From assembly GCA_049999805.1 (NCBI GenBank), contig JBNGIO010006336.1, positions 1 through 64,000 of the forward strand: a DNA stretch of 64,000 nt. The letters run 5' to 3'. The notes below the pieces were generated by a model, which was not told where the DNA came from, made no database searches, and saw only the letters and a program-made list of their open reading frames with translations. Positions 12,453 to 25,000 of this stretch are shown here, piece by piece. A program made the translations under genes and the position numbers. The stretch comes from Folioceros fuciformis (Eukaryota). Position 1 is the stretch's first letter, and the number at the start of each line of letters is the position of its first letter.

Positions 12453-13990
12453 ATGGCGTGGCCCGTGTTAAAGAAGGGCTTGGGAAGAAGACTGTTTAGA
12501 TTTTGTTGCCTCAGTTTTATAGTAGCTCTGGTGTTGTCAGCCATATGTCTGCTGCAGTCCATGAAATTCTACTGGAGAGGAAGTAACGCCAATAGGAGCT
12601 CCTTATGGAATGGAAGCAGGAGGTCAGAGTTCGGCATCCTTGGAGTTCCTTGGTGTAGGTCTCTCTCTTCACCTCTCGAAAGCTTCATGATTTGCTCCAT
12701 TTGCGGGTTAAGCTCGCTATCAGGGCGGGGCGTGCTGCTTGTGCAGAACCAAGCGAGGGCTGCACGTGGAGTGGACGAGAGAGGACCTGTTGCAGAGTCT
12801 CAGCACGTTTGTTGCTCTGTACCAGAAGCGTCCTGTGAGGAGCAATGTCCATGGCATGCAATTCGACCACTCTTTCGGGCTTTGGTTCATGGCATCTTGG
12901 CTCAAGCCTGACCTTATCATAGAGAGTGGGGCATTGAAAGGACATTCCACATGGGTTCTCCGACAGGTATGTTATGTTGTGACTCTACAGATGTAGTGTA
13001 GCCTCTTCAAGCTGTCACTGTGATGAGGATGGTCATCAGGAAGTTGACACGCAGTTGTGTGCACTATTCGGGGTTCCAGGCCAGACCAAATGTGCCCATT
13101 GTTACAATTAGCCCTGTTCATCCGCGTAAGTATGCGAAGAAGGGCGATGGATATGTGGACTCCAACTGTCAGTATTTTTGTGGCTCGAAATTTGTGGATT
13201 TCGGGAGAATCGATTGGAATAGGGTGTTGAAGGAATATAAAATCCAAGACAAGGGAAAGGTGCTTGCCTTTTTCGACGACCACCAGAGCGAGTTGAGAAG
13301 GTGGTGTTCTTCACGTTTGTGTGTTCGCTGGAGAGAGACCACTGTCTAAGCCAGCTCACCTGCTCAAATAATTGGCATTGTTCAGAGCGAAGGAAGCACT
13401 TGCTGCAGGGTTCCAGCACCTCGTGTTCGAAGACAACTATGATACTGGCACAGGCGACCATTATTCTCTTCGCCAGATTTGTGACCAGGTTAACGTCAGA
13501 GGTAAAATGGAAATTCGTGCAACGTTTTTCCTAGCTTTGCATCCATCTTGTATGTTAAGGCTTATGTTTCTGTGCACCAGGCGTAGGGCACAACTGCCAT
13601 ACAGATGGTGATGAAGCACGCATACGAGCTATGAGGGCTGCCACATGGGAGAAAGCAGTGGAGATCAAGGAGCTGTGTGGACCGGGGGATGCATGGTGGG
13701 GAGTCAGGGGTGAGATGAGGGATAATTTCAATCACGCTTCTTCCCCTATATCAGCAGCCCAGCATCGCCACAATTCCCAGTTTTTGGAGTCAGTGCTGGA
13801 CCTGTACTGGGAGCTTCCTCCCGTGGCTGGTCCGGGTTTGACCAAGCAGACCAGATATGACCCTGCTAGGACCGGTCTGCCCCTCATTGACGACCAGGAC
13901 ATGCCTTCATTCCGACTGCATGGACTCGCCTCACTTAATCTCTCAGTTTTCAACGGCTACACACAAATGGCTTATATCAGGATATCCTGA
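12453..13990 (+). CDS. Uncharacterised membrane-anchored protein with SAM-methyltransferase-like motifs; 5 exons
   Basis: N-terminal TM helix. The exons give F...Y..RP..SN..GMQFDHSFGLWFMASWLKPDLIIESGALKGHSTWVLRQ, FFDDHQSEL.R..EAL.AGFQHLVFEDNYDTGTGDHYSL and YWELPPVAGP. GT-AG junctions are near 12658/12746, 12966/13080, 13300/13386 and 13501/13581. Confidence 0.85.
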
Positions 13991-14416
13991 AGTCCTTTCG
14001 TCATTAGAATGAGTTTGTCCATGGAACTATGGAGAACTTCCGCGTCATAGAAATGAGTCGTGGGAGCCAGTCTGATCGGCTTCGTTAAAAAAATGGTATT
14101 TTGAATATTGTGAACAAACCCAGAGGGATCTTAAACAAGGGTTCTGAGTCTCCTGACCGATCACAAGTTCTTCAAATGTCATGCATAAGCCAACGGACGG
14201 CGAGTGAGCTTTGCTCTAAGGAATAGCGGAGGAAACATGAGCATGTTACAGGACTTGGGAGCACGATAGAGAATCCGGTAATGAGAATTCCCTGAATGTA
14301 CCGCACCAAGAAAATTCCCCGAAGAAGAATATTGTTCTAGGCAATAATTCTCGAGTCCGAGAACTCTAGCTAGAACTATACAAGCACCAAACGTGCTAAC
14401 AGGTTGAAAGCACACA

Positions 14417-17400
14417 TCATCCCGGCGATTGGGCCTTCAACGTCTCCAATTGATCCAACATTGTTTTATCACCTGTCGCAACCTCCGTGAGGAAGACAAA
14501 TCGGGACGCTGGGTCTTCCACTTGGTACGATATGAGTTGCAGAAGTAAGATCTTGTGCGACCACATTCAGGATGTTAGCTTGTGTTCCACGATCCAAGGC
14601 CCATCATGTCATTCATTCTTCAAAGACAATCAACACGTTCATGCAAAGTAAACGTCTGTTTGGAGGTGTGTTTTTTATGTAGAGCAAAAGAAACGGCAAT
14701 CGAAACACACCTGCTGTGAGGGCTTCCGACGAACACTGCGTAATAAGGATTTTGCGAACTTCGTCTTGGTTATGGCATCCTCTCCCGCTGATTCCCCAAA
14801 AACGAACAGTGCAATATGATGCAACACAAGGAAAAAACTCATGGAACCAAGGTCGGCTGCTTTGTCCAGTTTCCCAAAAGTCCATGCTGACAAATACGCA
14901 TCCAGTACCTTCGTGTTTCTCTGTACCAATCGAAAACAACCTCCAGGGTTAAAACACAGTATCCCAGCTGTTACTGATGTTTCCTGAAAGATCTCAGCAA
15001 TCACAAACAGTAAATTCAGATCGACGGAGTCCAAACAACAGACCTCCACAGGATAGAGATATCCTGCTTGATTGCCACAACAGTGTCTAAGCGGAGGAAG
15101 AAGGTGCAAAACTTGAGATTCAGCCAAGTGTTCCCACATTGAAAGTCTAATTGGATCAGGAACATCACGCCGCAAGTAAAACGCTACCTGGCGTGCAAAC
15201 ACAAGGGCTCCGTAGGACTCAGCTGAAAAGTTGTCAGTCAGTGTTTCAACGAACTGTGTGTAGTTGTTATCTACAGCATATAGATCAAGAGGATCTCGAA
15301 TTGCTGAAACTTTTGAAAACCCTTCACCATGACCACCTTTGACTTGACCACACTTGACTTCTTTGAATAGAGATGATCCATCAAGCTGTAACGCATACAT
15401 CTCCTGGAGAGTGCAAATCAGACCCTGGACAGAGTCTTGTAAGAAAGTGTGACCTCCCAGCACAAACACGGTGGACAGCGCATGGACCTTTCTGGCCATA
15501 CTTGTATGAAAGGATCCAGAGTCAGCAGGCCTTCGTGCACTGTCTAACATAACTTCCACGGCCAGAAGGAAAAATAGACCAGAGCCAATGACCTCATCCA
15601 ACTGTTGAGCCTTTTGAGCACCGATACCATGTTCTACTTCCTGGCCAGTGGACCCGGAATTTCGCCTTTCGTGAAGCTTCTCCACATTCGTAGCAAGGGG
15701 GCTTTGAAACCAATACACTGGGAGTGGCAACCTTTGTCCAGCCCATTCCCTCCCCACGCTATTTACAATTTCATCTCTAACCTTGGTGTTGTCCTCGTCT
15801 ATCCTAGTTAACTTGTGGAGTGTCCCGTTCTTTTGGTCCTGAAGAGTCTTCTTGTCTTTTCTCCATTTCTGCGACAGCCAGGTCTGTGTAAAATGCTGCT
15901 GAAGAACGTCACTGATCCTTTTGACATCCAATTGTGCCACGTAGTTTACTTGATCTATGTCGTCCTGCAAGTCCTTCAATTCCGCACAAACCTTCAACGC
16001 TGATAACACACCCTTCGACACGGATGTCAGGGCTTCTTTATCCAGCAAGATAGAAGAAAGCACTTTCTTCAAAAAATCTCCCTCACCGGGCCCAGCGGTC
16101 ATGACAACGCCCAAGCCCACCTGAAATCTCCATGAAAGTTCAGTAGAAGGCTCGCATACAGTTCCGACCGAAGATTTATCCTGCTGGACAGGAACTAAGT
16201 CTTGTTCACGAGGGTTGCCCAATCCTGATGTTGTCACTAGAAGGTCCAATGCTAAAACAGCAGTTATCTTGGCTAATAAGAACCGTTTTGACCAAGTTCC
16301 TCCACCAACCGATCCCCATCCCAGTCCAATGCCAGGAGCTGGCCCTCCTCGACAATGGAACTCAATTGAACTCAAAAACGTCTGATTTAAGATGACCTCC
16401 CCTCCACAGCAATCCAGCAGATACCTCAATTCCTGTTCACCACTTACCAGAAGTCCGCGAGACAGTATCTCGTGTGCTCTCGTCTGACTTCCTGAATCCG
16501 GCTGTGGTGAGGATGCCTGTGGTCTTGCCTCTCTAATCAGATGATCAACCACAGTTACCAGGCGCACTATACCATGCAGACAGCTAGTAGCTATTATCGA
16601 AGTGTCATAATCAGATGACAATCTTAGTTTGTACAAATATCCTGCAAGACAGTGTCCTTTTCTCTCAGCAGCCCCGGGAGCGAAGTTGAGAAATTTGCCG
16701 TTCACGATTGACAGCCCAAGCTGTGGCAGAAACGTTGGCAGCCATGGAGCATACGAGTTTTGTTGACTTGCACGAGCCCAAAGGTGACCCATGTCATTAA
16801 GTGGCAATATTCTTCCACAGACTGTCGCAAGAAAATGAAGCACAGCAGCCAGTGCACCCAAGAGGGTTTGATTGCCCTCACCAGTGAGGACATCTTCAGG
16901 ACTTACCTTGTCCACGTGGACATCCTGTTTGTCCCATAGAGCAAGAAGGGTATCTAGATGGTGAGAAGATAACCAATCAAGAGCTGTCTTGACCAAAGGC
17001 ACTGCAACTGCCCACGACCAATTTGTATGTATGGAAAACTCATCACTGGAAGCCGTTCCTCCCCCATTCCAATGGAGAAGAGGAAGAGTCCTTGCTATCT
17101 TCTCCAGCAAAGTGAATGATTCGCGAGTCAGGCAAAACGCAAGAGAGTTCCCCTTACTGTTATACTCCTGTTCTGAATAGGGGGCCAGCCAAAAGCAAAG
17201 AGCCGGATAGAAATCTGAAAACAAAGAGATCCCAATCTGATGGGAAATACAAACCCTCCACAGCCGAAGAGCCTCTATCAAGGTGGGGCCTAGCCCACGG
17301 AGGTATTCTTGGCCGACTCTTGAACGAGATGGCAGAAGATAGGCCTGCTGAAACAATTCACTTTGTGCCACCTGCAAGGCGCCTGACTCAGCAAATCTGA

Positions 17401-19978
17401 CACAGTTCGACCGGCTCGCCTGGCTGAGGACCTGCCAAGGTCGCCCAGATCACATAGGGTGACAAGAAATAGAAACTCAATGACAAATATGCAAGCTTCA
17501 CATCAAACAACCCGAAGCAATGCAACGCCAGCCACACCTTCAGTAGCTGGATAGCTCTTGTCCGGGCAGGCCGGATACCAAGCACCATATTCTCATCACT
17601 TGCCAGGAACTGCTGGATGATTGTATCCATCAACCTTGGACACTTCATCACTGCTTCTGCACCTGCAGGTGAATGATGGGCTAGCGCTATAACAACGACC
17701 AGTAAGGATTCTTCCGCTGCCACATTTTTCTCCACCTGAATTCAGAGCACTAGATCATTATCTGCAACTACTAGGGAAACGTAAGCATAAACACAAAACT
17801 AGCAGTACTTTACAACAACAGCGTTGAAGGTGCAGTCACATCTACATATCCAGAAGCAGTTGAATGACCCTGTACGACGCAGTACCTCCAAAATATAACG
17901 AATTCTAGGTAAGATGCCCATCCTGATAAGGGCAGCAGCTACATCCTTCTCCGCAACTGTTTCATGATCTCCCACTGTGTCTTGCCTATCTTCGGGTAAA
18001 GACTGATTGTCTGTAGCAACAGACATCTCACTAGGCTTCACATTGTACTTCCATCGGCCACCACCCATGCAACCCTCATCTAGCTTTGTTTGCCTTCGGA
18101 AGACAGGAGCAGTATACAAAGGTCTTTCACCAAGCCAATAAGTCTACAAAGATCACCACAAGCAAGGATAAGACGCGCCACTTGCAGGTGCTTCACAGCA
18201 TGCAGGCAGAGACATGATCAAACTACCACAATTCTTGGAAGAAGGCAAGATAACCTACCTCTTGGACATCAAAAAAACTCTCATTCGCGGCACAACTCAG
18301 TAAGGCCTGTAGGGCTCTAGCACACGCAGACACAATAGTGGCATACTTGTCGTCCAAGAGGTATCTCAGAGTGAGAGTGAGTCTTGGCTCAGGCCCTACG
18401 GCGTACGTCCACACAGCCTGCCAATCAACCGAGCCACAGCTACCGGGAACCTCTGCTTGTTGCAACCCAGATAACGCGTTGCTGAGTAGAGAAGAAAGAA
18501 GACGAAGGGCCATAGTTCTCTGCCCAGGAACCTGCACAACCAAAATAATTACGATCAGTGTGACACCTTGGGCTCTTGCCTGCTCGACAAAAAAACAACA
18601 GAGTGAAAATGTGTGCTAACCGTGCTGCGAGCTAATGCAGCAGCTTCCAAAATGGTGTAGCCAACACCCGCAGGATCACCCTCAGTTCTTAGAAGGTCAC
18701 GTTCCGCCACCGTCTGCGCATCTCCCTTCAGCTCACGTATCCGATCTGTGAGAAGCAGAAACTCACAACTTCAGGACCGGATGGCCAACTAACCTCTGAA
18801 GTGTACAGCTTGGGAGACAAAAACCAAGCACAGATTAGCGATGATTACCAGGATCTTCGGGGTCATAGTTCCCGACAGCAACAACCCGCCCATCCAGATC
18901 AAATTTCAGCAGCCTCACAGCATTGACTCTCGCAGACCACGAGGTCCACAACGAAGCAGCATCGACAGTTCGGGAACTCCCTAGGTCCACAGACTTGGCA
19001 CCGACTCCAGACACGTTGGCATGCCGTATTCCTGAGCTGCCCAAGAACCCAGCTTCCGACGATCTGGGACTCCTTTGGTCACTCCCACCAGATTCCCTCC
19101 CCTCTCGCAACTTCCTCTCCTTCTCTTCACCTCGTTTTCTCAGCATTTCCAGGATCTCAGGCCGGATCCTGTCCTTCAGTTCCAGCCGAGCCTCCTCCAA
19201 TTCTGAAGCGCACATAGAGAGCACGGCGTCTCTATTCTCACGATCAATGGAGTCCAGGCTAGACTCGACAGGCACCCTTCCTAAGCCCCGTTTCAGCTCC
19301 ACTCCATCTTTCTCGCCCGTACGGTGAGAATTGACCAAACCAGGAGTATGCACAGGCTCCTTTGCAGGCTTCCCCACTTCATGCCCACCTCTCGTCACGG
19401 TCTTGACCCCTTCGTCCCCACCACGACTATCCTTGACGAATCTCCCAAAACGCGAGCTGGGGTTCTTCCGCAGCAGGGGCTGGGCGTACTTTGCATGCTC
19501 ATCTACTCCCACTTCCTCCTCATCCCTCCCCGCCTCAGGGGGCTGGTAAACCTCTTTCACGGCAGGTCGCCAGCGCTGGGAACAAAAGCCACGCCAACCC
19601 ATATGAGCTCACAAACACGGACACCGGCAACGCGACAGATGCGGGTGTCCAGTCCTGCTGCTCAACAGAAGCAACGCCAACCGTGCAACCTCAAGACCAT
19701 GAACACCAGAGTGCAACAACAGATGCAAAAAGCATTAAACAAAGCAGTGTCCAGGCCAATACCGGCCCCTCAGACCGGTGCCTGGCCTGGGGAAAAGGTA
19801 TCACTCTCGGACCAGGAGCCGCAACCGGAGAGGGCTCTGAAGCCTTCCCTTCAAACCCCTTCTCCTGAATCTTGCCCAACACCTCCAGCACCACATAGTT
19901 GCCCTCTGAAACACTTTCTTCGGTTCCAGCTTCCCCCACCCGCCCCACACTCAGCTCTTCGACATTTCCGCTCGACAT
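14417..19978 (-). CDS. IYO: MINIYO / RNA polymerase II-associated protein 1 (RPAP1), multi-exon
   Basis: G.IQEKG, PFP.ARHRS.GP, IDRENRDAVLSM...ELEEA..EL..RI.PE.LEMLRKRG (RPAP1_N), VAERDLLRTEGDPAGVGYTI.EA..L.RST..VPGQR.MAL (RPAP1_C), WKYNVKPS, GGPAPGIGLGWG..GGG.WS, EWAGQRLPLP.YW and F.AESYG...FARQV. The last exon is inferred. Confidence 0.92.
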
Positions 19979-22015
19979 GACGCTGGCATTCCCACCTCGT
20001 CCCTTCGCAGAGAGCTCAATTCCACCACTAGCAAGAGAGCTCCCTCCAGCTTACACTCTGTGTGCGATTTTCAGACGCAATGCAAAGCCGACCTTCAACG
20101 ATTCTTCCCCAAAGGAGCTCTTCGCCTCTAAAATGCCTGAGGCTCCTGCCAGCTCTCCCGTGGGCATACATGCTTAAATACGGAGCGCAAGCCGAGATCA
20201 AGGGCGGCCAAGTCTTGGCAAAGATAGAGCGGGAAGCCGAGAAATATCACATTCGTAAGGCAGATGTAAATTGGAAACCGAACGTGAAAAGCAAACCAAG
20301 CTCCAGCGACCCGGCTCTCCGCTACTCGACTCAGCTCGACCCAGACCGGCCATAGCACGGCAAAGGGAAGCAAAAATCGAGAAAGGGAGGTGGGATCGGG
20401 GAAGGGAGGTCTTCAGACACCATCGCAACGCCAGAAACAAGATGACGAACACGGCACGTGGGGCCAAAGTCTGGAGGCTAGTTTCAGCACAACAGAAAAA
20501 TCAGCCACTGGTACACGTGGCAGAGTTAGGGTTCACCGCCCCACCTGGGCTTCGTGACAGGTACATGGTGATGGTCTGAAAGTGGCTTCAAAAAATATCG
20601 TACTTTCATTCGCAGAGTTGTGCTGGAGGCAGCAACCTGTGAGAGGCCGCCATGTCGCCAACAGACTGATGCATTACGGAGGCAAGGCGAGGAATGCACG
20701 GACTACCGGTTTCAGACGCGATTGAGACGGGACGACTCTCTACCGGACCGGTCTGGGTGTGGTTGAGGTGACGACTCCTGCATCCGTCGCCCACGGTTGT
20801 TGCATTGCGTGAGCAGGAGTCAGATTGCTTGGAGGCGAGAGTAAGCTTCGCACCGAATTCTTCCTTGTTTTGGATCAAGAACTTGCTTGGCGTGCGAGCA
20901 CCGACTCTGCTACGTCGACCTGGAATTGGCACTACGTGCTATGTTGGCCAGAAGGTAACATACACAACATCCTTGATTTGAGGTTGTTTGGAAGATAGGA
21001 AGACAGCGAGAGGAAGGATGTTTGGAAGCTTGTTGTATGGACCTAAGACCTAGACGCACAGCTGAGGCATGATATACCGCACACGGATCAACCACAAGAA
21101 CAACGTAAGCGGCATGCATGCATGTTTGTGGTTGAGAATGTGAGCATTCCAGCATGGATTCTGGAAGCTGTCGTTCCTCGAGGCAGGCAGGCGGCGTTGG
21201 CGAAAGTAGGAGAGAGGGGAAGGATATGTCTTGCGGTTGGGTAGCCAACTCCCGAGGAACCAGCAGCAAGGTCGTGGCATACGACAGGTGTACTCACATG
21301 CTTCCTGGTGTTGAGTGGACTCCGCCATTTACTTCGCGAAACATTATGTTATGGCCCCCAGGTAGGTGTGTACGGGGATGCAATGTGCGGGGACTGCCAC
21401 ATCCCCGCTGGCGGCAAAGACTTCTCTTGAGGCTTGTGGAGTGCGGCTTTCTGACTGGGCATTCTGTCAGCCACTGTTGGCCTCATCACGATGATGCGTG
21501 GCGGCAACGCAGTGTTAGCCTGCAACCTGCCATCGCTACTGGTGTGGACGCCTATGTGTTCGACCTCCACTTTTTGCGTGCTGGTCCCCACTGCTAGCGG
21601 GAGACGGAAGTCTCTGGGAGCAACGCGTGGATGGATTCCTGTTCCACGATCTGTGCCTGACTTGGGAATCAAACACGGCAACCTTCCGCCCGTTTGTCTG
21701 CTTCGAGCACATAGCCTTCCTGAGATTTGCCCAGGGCACGTATGCATTTCTGGCGACTCAATCAGGGCATGGAGGATGGTATTGTGTCCACGACAGACCA
21801 GCCCACCTACTGCTCCTCATCAGCTTCACTGCATGAGACGGCGTCAGTTGCCGAACCCCTCGTCTTCCTTGGGACGTATCGAAGATGGGTAACGTCGACA
21901 GCCAGCCAACTGAAATGAAAGGAAAGGCACATGAAATGGCTAACAAACGTGTCGTAAACCTGGACCTACTGCGTTCCCGATCGGACTGCGGGAGCCAGCC
22001 CTCGTTCCTCGTCCC

Positions 22016-25000
22016 ATGCCAGCAACGTCCTCTCGGCGGACCGGGACACGCATGCTCTTCTCCTTGGCGAGGTCCTTTTCCTCCATAGCTCCGTCCTCGA
22101 GGTCCTTGTCACCGGTGCACCCTTTCTGCCAGCCCACACGCGGTCAGGGTTTTGAACTGTACCGGCATCTGAGACAGACGGCGGTGAAGCCGACCAACCG
22201 TGTGTTGGTCGCAGTCCTGAAGGCATGCGGGGGTGCAGCAGATTTGGCAGCCGGGAAGCAAGTCCATGCCGACATTCTGGGAAGATTCTTGAATCCCAGT
22301 TTGGGCGTCGGGAATGGGCTGGTGGAGATGTATGCCAAATGCGGGAGCTTGGAGGATGCCCGCAGAGTGTTTGACACATTGCCGTCCAGGAATGTGGTGA
22401 CATGGAATTTCATGATCGCAGGATATGCCAAGCATGGGCTTGGTCGGGAGGCGCTTTCTCTTTATGAGAGGATGCAACATGAGGGCATCACTCATGCCAA
22501 CGACGTTACTTTTGTCAGCCTCCTCAGAGCGTGTGCCAGCATCGGAGCATTGTGTGAGGGCAAGAAGCTTCATCTTCAGATTCGGGAAAGAGAACTGGAA
22601 GCCAATGTGATTGTAGGGAACTGCTTGGTGGACATGTACGCCAAGTGTGGGAGCGTAGAGGATGCTCGCAGGCTGTTTGACAGACTGCCCGTGAAAGATG
22701 TGGTCACATGGAACGCTATGCTGGCAGGGTATGCTCGGTACGGGCTCGGTCACGATGCGCTCACTCTCTTTGGGAGCATGCAACGGCATGGCATCGTTGT
22801 TGCTGATAAGGTTACGTTTGTGTCCCTCTTGAAAGCATGTGCCAGTGTGGCAGCTTTAAGCGAAGGGAAGGACCTGCATTTTCAGATTCAAGAACGAGGA
22901 CTTGAGGCTGACGTGGTCGTGGGTAGCAGTCTGGTGGACATGTATGCAAAGTGCAGCAGCTTGGGAGAAGCCCGAAAGGTGTTTGACAGTTTGCACGCAA
23001 AGAATCTGGTGACATGGAATGCAATGCTCGCAGGGTATGTTCAGCATGGGCTTGCTGAGGAAGCGCTTGCTCTGTATGCAAACATGCAACAAGAGGAGGA
23101 TACGCGGGCAGCACCAGATCATGTTACGTTTGTGTGCCTCTTGAAAGCATGCGCAAGTGTGCGGGCCCTCCATGAGGGCAAACAGTTTCATCTGCAAATT
23201 CGAAACCGAGGGCTTGAATCCGACCTAGTTGTGGGCAGCAGCCTTCTGGACATGTATACGAAGTGTGGGAGCCTGGAGGACGCCCGCAGAGTGTTTGACC
23301 GACTGCCAGTAAAGAATGTGGTGACGTGGAATGCCATGATCGCAGGCTATGCCCAGCAAGGCCTCGTTCGAGAAGGTCTCATACTGTACAAACGGATGCA
23401 ACAAGAAGGCATTTTTTCAGCTGATTATGGTCCGCTTCTGAGTCTCCTGAAAGCATGTTCGAGGGATGGAGGAGGACTGGGTGACGCCAGGCACCTGCAC
23501 ACCTTTGTCCAGGAAACAGGGCTGGATGTCGACGTTGTTGTTGGCAGGAGTTTGGTGGACATGTATGCAAAGTGTGGCAGCGTACAGGATGCACGCAAAG
23601 TCTTTGACCAGATGCCATCGAGAGATGTGGTGGCATGGACTGTCATGATTGCAGCATATGCTCAGCATGGGCTCGGTGCAGAAGCTCTCAACCTTTATTC
23701 TCGCATGCAGCTAGAAGGTATCAGTCTGGCTGATAATGTAACGTTTGTGTGTCTCCTGAAAGCATGTGCCAGCATTGGCCCTTCAGCCTTACATGAGGGG
23801 CAACAGTTACATTTGCAGATTCAAGAGAGAGGGTTTGACGCATACGTAGCTGTGGGCAGCTCTTTGGTGGACATGTATGCCAAATGTGGCAGTTTACGTG
23901 ATGCTCGAAGGGTATTTGATGGATTGCTGGGAAAAGATGTGGTGACGTGGAATGCCATGATTGCAGGATACGTGCAGCATGGCATCGGCCAAGAAGCCCT
24001 TGCTCTGTATGCAAATACGCAGCGGGAGGGCATTGATCTGGCTGACAATGTTTCATTTGTGTTGCTCCTGAAGGCATGTGCCAGTCTTGGTGCTGTGGGG
24101 TTATGCAAGGGTAAGGAGCTTCATGACAAGATTCGAGAAAGGGGACTGGAAGCTAATGCTGTCATTTCCAGTGCCCTGGTGGATATGTTTGCAAAGTGTG
24201 GCAGCGTGCAAGAAGCCCGCACCATGTTTGATAAAGTTCGTGCAAGACACGGAGTGACATGGAATACCATGCTTGCAGCCTACGCTCACCATGGCCTTGT
24301 TAACGAAGCTATGGCACTGTACACAGAAATGCCACAGGATTGTGTTGGCCTATCAACGTTCGCATGCCTCCTGAAAGCATGTGGCAGTGCCGGAGCCATT
24401 CATCAGGGAAGGCAGCTCCATTTGCAGCTCCAACACAGAGGACTGGATGATGACCTAGTAGCTGTTACTGCCTTGGTGGACATGTATGCAAAATGTGGAG
24501 CTTTGGATCATGCCCGCAGAGTGTTTGACAAGCTACCATCAAAGAGTGTGGCGGTGTGGAATGCCATGATTTCTGGCTGCGTCCAGTATGGGAACGGACA
24601 AGAGGCCCTTCTTCTCTTCTCAAGAATGCAACAGGAAGGCATTTGTCTGGCCGATATTGCTTCATTTGCTCAGCTCCTTAACGTATGTGCTAGCCTTGGA
24701 GCCCTGAGCAAAGGCAGGGAGCTTCACTGCACAATTCAAGAACGAGGACTGGAGAGCGATGGGATTATTGGCAGCAGCTTGGTGGATATGTATGCAAAAT
24801 GTGGCGCCTTGGATGAAGCTCGCTCTGTATTTGACAGATTGCCAAGCAAGGATCTTGTAACCTGGACGGCCATGATCTCGGGATACGATCAGCAAGACCT
24901 TGGTCACGATGCTCTTCGTCTTTTCAGCCGTATGTGTGTGGATGGCATTCATCCAACCGACCATGTGGCATTCATCTGCCTCCTGAGAGCCTGCGCCAGC

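Noticed and set aside
20600-21950. Possible gene between IYO and the PPR gene
   Set aside because: There are several short ORFs and splice-like signals, but no recognisable domain or consistent frame.
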